Origin: Octopus vulgaris
Taxonomy: Eukaryota
Length of the DNA: 64,000 bases
Reading direction: 5' to 3'
Assembly (NCBI GenBank): GCA_951406725.2
Contig: OX597831.1
Location: 80,352,001 to 80,416,000 of the forward strand
Shown: piece by piece, positions 54,241 through 64,000 of the stretch
Numbering within the stretch: position 1 is the stretch's first letter
Layout of the letters: every line of letters starts with the position of its first letter
Translations under genes and position numbers: made by a program
Notes under the pieces: generated by a model
What the model saw: the letters and a program-made list of their open reading frames with translations, nothing else
Told to the model about the DNA's origin: nothing
Database searches by the model: none

Positions 54241-57200
54241 TAGCAGCATAGCCCGGCGTTGCCCGGGTATGTAAGAGCCCCTAGTAGGCAACGACTAATC
54301 CCAATGTAGTCCTTTCCCTCCAGGGAACGAAGGTGCATGTGGACGTTGCAATGTCTTGTCTTCACTGGAATACTTCTGTATATACGATGTTCCTAGCTGT
54401 CCGTTTGGGCGAAAACATGAAAACATCATTGCGCCTCCCAACGCGTGAACAGCCCACGTAGAGTTGACCGTGGGCGAAGCACTGTTCGCCCAAATGTAAC
54501 CCAGCGACTTGTAGCGTTTGGCCTTGGGATTTATTGATGGACATTGCGAAGCAGAGTTTAACAGGAAACTGAGAACGCCTGAAGTGGATTGATAGGTCAG
54601 CGCCCGACGGTTGAAGGTGCATCCGTGGAATGAAGACGTCCTCTCCCTTCCCACAACCGGTAAGTATTGTGGCCGTTATTAAATGTGGTGCCAAATGTTT
54701 CACAACCAAACGTGTGCCGTTGCACTGTTTAGGTGGAACCAAATTCCTGATGAGCATAATGGGCGCACCGACCTTTAACTTCAGGATGTGTGGTGGCAGG
54801 CCTGGCGGTTCAAGTGAATTCAGGAATTCAACAGGATAATCGGCAAGCTGGGCGGGGTCTGCTGTCCTATCTATAGATTTGTAGACGTGGACATCACCAG
54901 GAATAGCTTCAAGTAGCTGGATATTGATGGAGTTGACGGTTGTATTTTTGGGTGCGAGAATAGCTCTGCCTGCCAGCCATTTTAGGTCGCGTAAATTGTT
55001 TTGTAGGTCGTGGAAGACAGCGTACCGGAGGCTAGCAGGGGTGTCGACAATGGTGCAAAGTGAGTCCAATTGAACGTAGCCATCCGCATCAGACAGCATC
55101 CTATTTTCACCGAGCGATAAGAGGTCCCTGGAGAATGCAGCGGATCCGCTGTCACCAATTGACTGCGCGCGCATGTTAGTTTGGAGGTGCAAGGGCCGCA
55201 CATGTGCCCAAAGAGCTGACGACTTAAGGCACGCGCGCACGGCATCGGCACGGGTTCCTTTTGGAATAACAGGTAGAGTCTGCCTGAAGTCTCCTGAAAG
55301 AAGTAAAGTTAATCCTCCCATGGGAGCCGTAGAGTCTCTGATGTCTTGCAGGGACCTGTCCAGTGCCTCAAGGGCGCCTTTGTGTGCCATAGTGCACTCG
55401 TCCCATACGATGAGTTTGCATCTGCGCAGAATGTCGGCCTATTCTGAGTTCTTGGCGATGTTGCAGATAGGTGACTCGGACTTTGCCAGATCGAGCGGGA
55501 GTCTGAAGGCAGAGTGGGCGGTTCTGCCACCCGGAAGCAACGTGGCCGCGATACCAGAGGAAGCTACAGCCAGGGCAATGTCCGTGTTGCGTCTGACCTC
55601 TGCCAGAATTAGTTTAGTGACGAAGGTTTTGCCAGTGCCGCCGGGTGCATCAAGGAAGAAAATCCCCCCACGTTGCTGTCTGACAGAGTCTACGATGGTG
55701 TTGTAGGCTATGCGCTGGTCTGTAAGCAGCCGTGGTTCATTATCTTGGACGTACTGGTGCAGTTCCTCAATGCAGTAGGAAGTTTCGCGTAACAATTCAG
55801 CAGACATAACATTGGCGTGTTCACGTGTGGGTGGTGGAAGGCCGTACTCTGTTAAAGCAGACCCACCCATATCGATGACAGCGTCTTCGAGTTGAATGAG
55901 CGCAAAATTGTAAATGAAGTTGGTGAACGTGATCTCGGCGGAAGGGCAGTGTTGCTGAGCCGTACGTAAGAAGTCGTGCGACATGTCATCCCTGTATTTC
56001 ATCCAGAGACTTAGTGGATCACTAAGCTGACATTTTTGAAGAAGGATTGCGAAAAGATGTCGTAGGGCCGAATGCGTTTGCAGTAAAGCACCCTCTGCCA
56101 TCGTGGCGTCCCACTGGGAGTCATCCTCTAGAAGGCCAAGTCTCATACATGCTTCCCTGAAGGTGTCGCACAGAACCCCATTGACGGTACGTATATTGGC
56201 GAAACCTGTTGGACCAGTGACCTCATGTAGAAGGAGACGGAGGTAGAAGCATTCTTGCTGGTTTGGCGGGATGTTGTAAACTCGACCCAGGCAGGAGTCA
56301 AACTTGACGCCTGGGAAGCTTTCGACGTTTTTGCCGGATTTCCGTCGAACCCAGGTGTTTTTAGACCACACGAAGTACGATGGGACCTGTGGGTACAAAA
56401 GCGTTCGAGCGAAGTCATCACGTTGGCATAATTTGAAGAAACCAGTCAACGTTGTGTCTTTAGGGCTGGTGGCTATCTGCACAGCACTTTGCTCTGTGAA
56501 GTAAATCCGCTGTCCATTTTCCAAGTGTACAGCAAGCTGCACCACAGCCGGGTGTCTCTGATGGAGCGGGAAGCCGTAAATGCGCCAAAACGCTTCGTTG
56601 CTGCTGAGGTACCGGCCAGCCAAGTAGTTGGACACTTCGTCGCGACTGGTGGTCCTCTGGATGCTGAACATGGCAGCATCGCTGCCTTTGTTGATATATT
56701 TGCAGACATATTGTATTGACCTGATGGAGCTGCAGAACTCAACGTTGACGTGGGCTTTGAATATCTTCGACAGGAGAGGACAGTAGGGGACAATGTAGCT
56801 GTTGTCCACTTGATGTCGCCCAACCGTAATCGTGCGGCCTCCATTGGCTGGACTCCTTCGTTTGTACAGCGGATACCCATCGCCGCCTGTTTGAGTCTCC
56901 AAAGTGAACCGTTTAGGGAATCCCTTTGAGCAGGCTAATCCGTTTTTGTAGCATGGTGTGTTGGCGTAATTTGGTCCACAGGGCCCGTGTACCATGGTAG
57001 TGCGGACAATTTCGTAGAGTCCGGGGTCCTCATCGGGGTCAGGAATCTCGGCGGAAATGAATTTGTCAATGTCATTAGTCTCGATTTTATGAGTGAGCCA
57101 AATTAAGATGTGAGCATGTGGCAAGCCCCTCTTTTGCCACTCGACCGAAAACATGTGGCACCTGACATGTCCGAAAATCTGACCCTTAACTATCAAATCC

Positions 57201-60200
57201 TTCATTTTGCCCAAATTCAGACGGAAAACCCTAGCAACGATGTCGTGTCGATGGGTGTGAGATTGACCCGGGAGGAGTTCGCGAGTGATTTCGTCGCAGC
57301 TGGGATTGCACGTGTAGGTGATAAAGAGGTCCGGCCGGCCGTAAATGCGCACGTAGGTCAAGGCGTCTTGGGTCCTTTCACGCATATATCGCGGTCCTCC
57401 CGTGAAGGTGGAGGGTAGAATGCATGGCTTGCCGATGTTGCGAGGGTCATTTTCTTGTTGCAAACCGTCACGGAGATGAATGTAGGAGTCGAAGCGAAGT
57501 TTGGTCTGATTAAGTTTAATGTATAGCAGCCTTTCCGATTCCATTTTTGTGGCCATGTCGACGGCGAACTGGTTGAATAGCTGACGACAACAGGGCAATA
57601 AGTTGAACTCACCCTCCCTGACCATGAACCGGTATGAGTAGAACGCCCTGCAGGAGACCGTCTTTGATGCCGCAGTAGTTTGATTGGAGGGCTGCCGTAA
57701 AGGAATTCCGAAGTGGTAGCCGTCTTCCCCATAAGGGAAAAGCAATGGATACTGAAGCGCGTCATAAGATCTGTGAGTCTCGCTGATCCTGTGTAGGTTG
57801 TTACCACGGGAGGAGATGATTATGTCACGGCTGTTGTGTTGCTCTCCGTGTATGACTGCGGCAATTTCGTTGCACGCAGGTGCGTTGAAACGGCGTTCGT
57901 GCTCCCCGTGGGGTCGTTTATCAGCATCAATGACAACGGTGAAGTTTGGAGATGGAGCACTGTCCAAGGCATATCTGAAGCTGCAGACGTAGCTGTTGAT
58001 ATCATGAAGCATGGTTTGGAGACGGAGAAGAATGTCTTTGCGGGGAACATAGCTTGTACCCGGTATTATTCCAAGGCGTGCATCAACCTGGTGGTTGTAG
58101 TCGGCAATGAAGTATATTTGGAGGAAAGAAGACTGCTGAATCTCGTCTGGCAGAAGTGACCCAATAAGATGGTAGACCTGTCCCTGCACTTTGAAAGTAG
58201 GCATCCAGCCTTCTCTGGGAGGAATTTTGGCCCCGAAAGAGGTCATTTGGAATGAGCAGTTGTACTTTCGTATTATTTCAAGGAATTGTGACGAATCGGG
58301 GGTTAAACCCGCCGCGAGATCCTTCAGTGGTTGAGGTGGTTCCCGTAGGGGTGGCAGGTCCACTTTGCCACCAGAGCAGCACAAACCAGGTGGCTCTCCG
58401 GGCCATTTCTTGGCTTTGCAAAACTGGCATACAATTGTCATTGACCCTATCTTGATGTCGTCACGCAAGGAGAAGTTAATTGTGGCGTCGTAGTTGAATG
58501 CTAGTGACAACCAGAAAGCGGGGGCAGGGGGTACGTACACCACGAATGATATCCCGACGTTTGTTGATACTCTCAAGTCGAGTGCACCGTGCCTCAGCAG
58601 ATTCAGATGCACGTGCGACAGCGGTAGCAGTGGCATCCCTTGAAAGCCTTTCAGCTCTCGCCTCAACACCCTCTGAAGCCCTAGCAGAAGCAGTGTTAAT
58701 GGCATGTCTGGATGTCCGAATAGTCCGTTGGTGTGGAGTTTCGGCAGATCGAGCCCTGGCTGTGTTTGCGGCGTTAGCAGCTTGGCGAGCTCTCCTCTGT
58801 TGAGGTGTTTCGGCAGCTTTGGCCATGGCTTTGTTTGCGGCGTCAGCATCTTGGCGAGTTCTCCTCTGCTGTGAGGTTTCGACAGATCGTGTCCTGGCGG
58901 TGCTAGTGGCGTTAGCCGCATTCCGAATGGCCCTTTGTTCGGGGTTCTCGCGAGCTCTACGGATGGAAGCACAGTAAGAAGCCCGCATGTTTTGGCTGGA
59001 CTGTTGCTCTTTCGTCCACCTCGAGCGGAGGGAAGATCTGTACGCTGCGACCCTTGCAAGTCGGGTAGAACGGTCGCTAGTAGTTTCAGATGCCTGAGCA
59101 GCGGCATAACGGGAAGCTGTTTGCGAGAGGCGCAAGGCGGTTTCCTCGTGGGTCTCGCGTGCCCTTCTAGCCCTAGCAGCCGATGCCTTGGCCGTCCGAG
59201 GGCTGAGGAGGGTCCTTCTCTTCTTGGGTGGCATTTTGGTGGATAGCAATGTGTTTGGCAAAGGTGTAATAAAAAGGAACACGTGGGGTAAGTATTTTCG
59301 TGGATAGCAATGTGTTTGGTAAAGGTGTAATAAAAAGGAGCTCGTGGGGTAAGTATCCGAAAATGTATAAAAAGTACAAAAACGGTCAAAAAGCTGGCAG
59401 CAATGTGAGTGACAACAACGAAAAAGTCAAAAGTGATCAAACTGAACAAACGAAAGGAAAAGTTTTTTGATGCACACGACAAAAGTGGTTTATAATAAAC
59501 CAAGAGTTTGCAAGTAGCGTCCGAGGACCGTTAGGGTACGTCAAAAATTGAAGGTAAAACGTTTGGGGTGGTAGTTATAAAGAAAGTTTAAACAAAAAAA
59601 GTATTCGAATAACTTGCGGCTGCAGCAGCTATTAGCAGAAGTGGCGGTGTTGGGGGTAAAGTCTCGAATGTAATTTCTTCCTGGTAGGAATTGGTTGGAT
59701 CGAATTATCGATAGCTAAAAAGGTCAAGTTGCGTCCCCTAGACAGTCTGGTTTGTGTTTAATACACAAATTTGTTTGCTATGTGTGCCACATATGATTAA
59801 ATTAACCGATTTTTTCCAATAATGTATCCTATTGGAATAAAAAGGGCTATATAGCTCCTTGGAGCAGACATGATGCTCGTTGTGAAAAAAAAAAAGATTC
59901 CTGCCAATTTGTGAAAGATATTGTCGAAAATATGTCATCTTGAATTTGAACGCGATTTCCCAAAATGGCATGATTTTATCGATTGTTTCTGATGGTAAGG
60001 TATTGCATGGAAAACTAACGTCAGAATTGAGTTTCTTAGGGTAACATTAAGCTTCACCATGAGTTTGGTGAAAATCGATTGCAAGTTGTGAAAACTACCA
60101 TAGATAATGCGTTGCATAAAAAAAGCTTAGATTCTCGAGTTGCGTCCCCTAGACAGTCTGTGGTTCATGTTTATGATTCTCGACCCCATGTCGAATTTAT

Positions 60201-60378
60201 CAATTTTTTTCAGAACTGGGGGAACTTTTCAAAATTTTCGCTGCGTTAGTTTTGAATTATGACATTGGGCTATGTGTGTGTCAAGTTTCATCAGAATCGG
60301 TTGAAAGCCGTGGTCAGGGTGAGGGTACGAGAAAACAGACACACAGAAGCACGCACAGACAAACTGCCGTTTATATAT

Positions 60379-60381
<3 letters not shown>
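54240..60381 (-). mobile_element. Full-length Helitron (6142 bp) inserted at A|T within (TA)n
   Basis: Minus strand begins TCTATATATAAAC at 60381 and ends with hairpin cccgggcaacgccggg followed by CTAG at 54240; no TSD; RepHel coding region inside. Confidence 0.95.
54362..59234 (-). CDS. Helitron RepHel (HUH Rep plus PIF1 helicase), intronless, with one frameshift (about 58510) and one in-frame stop (55439-55441)
   Basis: Start MPPKKRR at 59234; YGRPDLFITYTCNP, VEWQKRGLPHAH, YVCKYINKG; DAPGGTGKT, GGRTAHS, WDECTM, GDFRQTLP, FAMSINKSQGQ and HGQLYVGCSR. Confidence 0.93.
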
Positions 60382-60423
<42 letters not shown>

Positions 60424-60528
60424 ATCAATAATAACAAAGGGTAAAATTAATTAATTAACCAGTAATCAATAATTTCACCAAGTAGAATTCGGCATGAAAA
60501 AGGACCATTTCCTGGTAAACTAAAGTAA

Positions 60529-60627
60529 TACTTTATAATAGGGTTCAGCAAAGATTTGCTTTACCACATGCTGAAGTTTAGAAATAGCAGCCAGGTAAAG
60601 CAAAACTTTGCTGAACCCTATTATAAA

Positions 60628-60630
<3 letters not shown>
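60529..60630. repeat. 37-bp inverted repeat (one mismatch), 28-nt loop
   Basis: tactttataatagggttcagcaaagatttgctttacc ... ggtaaagcaaaactttgctgaaccctattataaagta. Confidence 0.93.
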
Positions 60631-60683
<53 letters not shown>

Positions 60684-60729
60684 GTATGTATGTATCTAGC
60701 TATCTATTATGTGTGTATGAATTTGCGCG

Positions 60730-60892
60730 TCTGTGTTTGTCTCGCTTGACAACCGAATTTGGTGTGTTTACGTCCCCGTAACTTAGCGGTTCAGTAAAAG
60801 ACTCCGATAGAATAAGTACTAGGATCGAATTGCTCGACTAAAAGCGATGCTCCAGCATGGCCGCAGTGAAATGACTGAAACAAGTCAAAGAA
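60730..60892 (+). mobile_element. SINE family A 3' half
   Basis: Match to the tail of 38417-38850. Confidence 0.82.
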
Positions 60893-60905
60893 TATATATA
60901 CAGTA

Positions 60906-60941
<36 letters not shown>

Positions 60942-60943
<2 letters not shown>

Positions 60944-62170
60944 CAAAGCCACAGACGCCAAACAATACCTTCTTTTTAATTCATGCCACCCAAGACACAC
61001 TAAAACAAACATCCCCTTCAACCTTGCAAGAAGGATATGGACAATAGTGTCAGAACAAAATACCAGGAACTTTAGACTGCAAGAACTCAAAAACACCCTA
61101 ATTGACAGACATTACCCAGCTCAACTCATAGAGGATGGGATCAGACGTGCAACAGAAATCAACATAGAAACTTTAAGAAAAGTTCAACACAACAACACAC
61201 CTTCCCCGAAAATACTACCTTACATATCTTCATACAACCCCAGAAACAAAGAAGCCTTCACCATCATCACCCAGAATTTACCAATACTTCATAAGGACCC
61301 CAAATTAAAGGAAATTCTAAACATACACCAAATCATTAAAAGCTACAAACAACCTAAATCACTTAAAAAGATTCTCACAAAGGCAAAATTGTTTTCTGAA
61401 ATTACGGATGCAAAAGTAAAAAAATGTGGTAGATCGAACTATGCAACATGTCCAAACCTGCTAGAAGGATCAGAATTCCTCTTCAAAGAGGGACAGAAAT
61501 TCAAGATCAAATCTAACTTTACTTGTGCCTCTGAAAACATAATTTATGTCATAAAATGCTCGGGCTGCCACCAAGACTACGTGGGATCCACGGGACTATC
61601 ACTCAGACGTAGATGCACACTGCATCGACAACAGATTGCATTCCCAGAATACAGAATGATACCTTTTAGTGAGCACATTGAGAAATGCGCAAAGCAACTA
61701 CTGCCACAATTTTTAATCTTTCCATTTTACCAATGTGCTATCGGATCATCAACACAAATTAGACTAAACAAGGAAACATTCCTCATTGAAAAGTACAAGC
61801 CCAGAACTAACCATGCCAACATACTGATACAGAGAAATTCACACCAAGGGAAAGGGAAAAAATTTAAGCGATTATCTCCCTTACACCGGAAGAAATCACT
61901 CATTACCTCCCCTTATTTAGAACTCTTTTAAACATAAACATAACGATAACTCTGTTCAACATAAACATAACGTCGTAAGAAATTTGAAAAGCTAAACGCG
62001 AAACCGGTCTTTCTTCTAAATTATGTCATTGTAAGAAAAAAATTTTTAATATTCTTCAGACATATTGACTCAAATATATATTTTTTAACCTGTAAGCCTT
62101 CTGTAGTTTTTTCACTTTTTCGTATTTTCTATATATTCAACCACGTGCTTTCACAAACCAACTTTCTTAT
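60942..62170 (+). mobile_element. 5'-truncated Penelope-like element (Neptune-like): RT thumb plus GIY-YIG endonuclease, ORF 60942-61931
   Basis: YKATDAKQYLLFNSCHPRHTKTNIPFNLARR; linker CGRSNYATCP; TCASENIIYVIKCSGC..YVGSTG..LRRR..HRQQI; degenerate hammerhead at about 61977-62015; (TA)n flanks. Confidence 0.88.
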
Positions 62171-62191
62171 CTATATTTATATATATATATA

Positions 62192-64000
62192 TTGTTGTCG
62201 GCATCCTTTTTGTCCCGGGAGATAATGGAGTTGCGCATAAAATAATCTAGTCCGGCTTTTACATTTCATGTCCTAATACATTTCCTGCTGTGTCCTATCC
62301 TGGACAAACGCTCCCTCTGGCAGGTGCCGCAAATGTAGCGAAGACTGTTCCTGGCTGGTTGTAATGTCATAGTTTCTTGTCTTTCCATTTCTCCTCTCTT
62401 TCTCTCTGTCACCCCTTTGTGTTCCCTCTTTTACGGTACGTCACCAATCTCCACAGTTGATGGCAACTGCTTCCCAATTGCTAATATTGATGTTGCAGGC
62501 CTTCATGTCCCTTTTGCAAACATCCTTGTAACGTAAGAACGGTCTTCCCACAGACCTAGTACCCCTAGCAAGCTCTCCGTAGAGTATGTCCTTGGGGATT
62601 CTGCCATCTTTCATACGGCTAACATGTCCAAGCCATCTCATACGTCTTTGTGTGAGGAGTGCAAACATGCTTGGTATTCCTGCTTGCTTGAGGACATCTT
62701 TGTTGGGGACATGATTCTGCCATTTGATGCGAAGGATTTTCCGGAGGCAGCGCAGGTGAAAGATGTTTAGGCGACGCTCTTGGCATGTGTATGGCGTCCA
62801 AGTCTAACTTCCATACAGTAGAGTGCTATGTACACATGCCTGGTAGATCTTCATTTTTGTGGTCTTGGTCAGCTTATTGTTGTCCCATGCCCGTTTGGAG
62901 AGTTGGGCCATCACAGCAGCTGCCTTGCCAATGCGTATATTGAGCTCAGCATCAAGGGATAGGTTGTAGGTGACGGTAGAGCCAAGATAGGTAAACTTCT
63001 CCACCTCTTGTAGTCTGTGGTCTCCAATATGTATGTTTGGGATGTCCGATGTAGCCTGACCCATGATGCTGGTCTTCTTGAGGCTGATAACTAAATCAAA
63101 GTCGTTACATGCTTGCTCAAAACAGTTGATGAGCCTTTGGAGGGCTTCTTCTGTGTGTGTTACCAGAGCGGCATCATCAGCAAATAGCATCTCCTTGATC
63201 AGGACGCTTCTGATTTTGGTCTTGGCACGCAAGCGCGAGAGATTGAAAAGTTTCCCGTCACTTCTACTGTGCAGAAACACTCCATCATCTGATGTCTGAA
63301 AGGCATATGAGAGCAAGAGCGAGAAGAAGATGCCAAATAATGTAGGAGCGAGGACACAACCTTGCTTTACCCCGTTTTTTATTTGGAAGGCGGCTGATGT
63401 TGAACCATTGTGCTGTATGGTGCCTTGCATATCATTATGGAAAGACTTGATGATCCTCAGCAGCTTTGGTGGAGATCCGATTTTTTGGAGCAGGATGAAG
63501 AGGCCTTTTCTACTTACCGAGTCAAAGGCCTTTGTTAGATCAATGAAGGCCATATATAATGGCATTTTCTGCTCTCTGGACTTCTCCTGAAGTTGGCGTA
63601 TGGAGAATATCATGTCAATAGTTGATCTGCTTCTTCTAAAGCCACACTGCGATTCCGGATAAATTCGAGAAGCAAGTAGTTGTAGCCTGGCCAGGATAAC
63701 GCGAGCAAAGGTCTTTTCAACAGTGCTTAGAAGAGATATTCCACGGTAATTGTTACAATCACCACGGTCACCTTTGTTTTTGTAAAGCGTAATGATGTTA
63801 GCATCCCGCATATCCTGAAGGACTGTACCCTCTTCCTAGCACTGACACAGAAGCCCATGAATGTGCCGAAGCAGGATGGTGTTTTTGCCGGCTTTGATGA
63901 TCTCTGAGGGGGTGCCGTCTTTTCCCGGAGCCTTATTACTTGCTAGGGAGTCAATAGCCTTGATGAGCTCTGCTATAGATGGCGAACTGTCAAGTTCGCA
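62192..64000 (-). mobile_element. RTE-clade LINE, 3' portion, degenerate, truncated by the window edge
   Basis: YKNKGDRGDCNNYRGISLLS, PESQCGFR, RQLQEK, FIDLTKAFD, GVKQGCVLAPTLF, LFADDAAL and RWLGHVSRM..RIPK.ILYGEL; in-frame stops; short CAA-type tail. Confidence 0.93.

Noticed and set aside
58515-59503. First ~330 aa of the 1354-aa ORF as RepHel N-terminus
   Set aside because: Off-frame reading; the plausible N-terminus is the MPPKKRR frame, joined by a frameshift near 58510.

Overview
Animal genomic DNA, very likely octopus (inferred from the SINE families, the TE mix and the extreme microsatellite load). No host protein-coding gene is recognisable, and nearly all ORF-track entries are translations of simple repeats. 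Main contents: an R4/Dong-clade retrotransposon with a nested mariner (about 6-11.4 kb); a near-intact Tx1/L1-type LINE inside a (GATA)n array, plus two related 3' fragments also in (GATA)n; a 1.2 kb long-TIR non-autonomous DNA element; a 3.3 kb head-to-head palindrome of a Penelope-like element (PLE); a full-length, near-intact Helitron; a Neptune-like PLE fragment; an RTE LINE cut by the window edge; and many tRNA-derived SINEs. The most interesting signals are: (1) hammerhead-ribozyme folds, including a canonical one at 40509-40601 beside a perfect 30-bp hairpin and a dispersed family of short ORF-less elements with a variant core; (2) apparent (GATA)n target specificity of the Tx1 family; (3) the PLE palindrome. 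All family assignments and folds were made by eye; no search or folding program was run.
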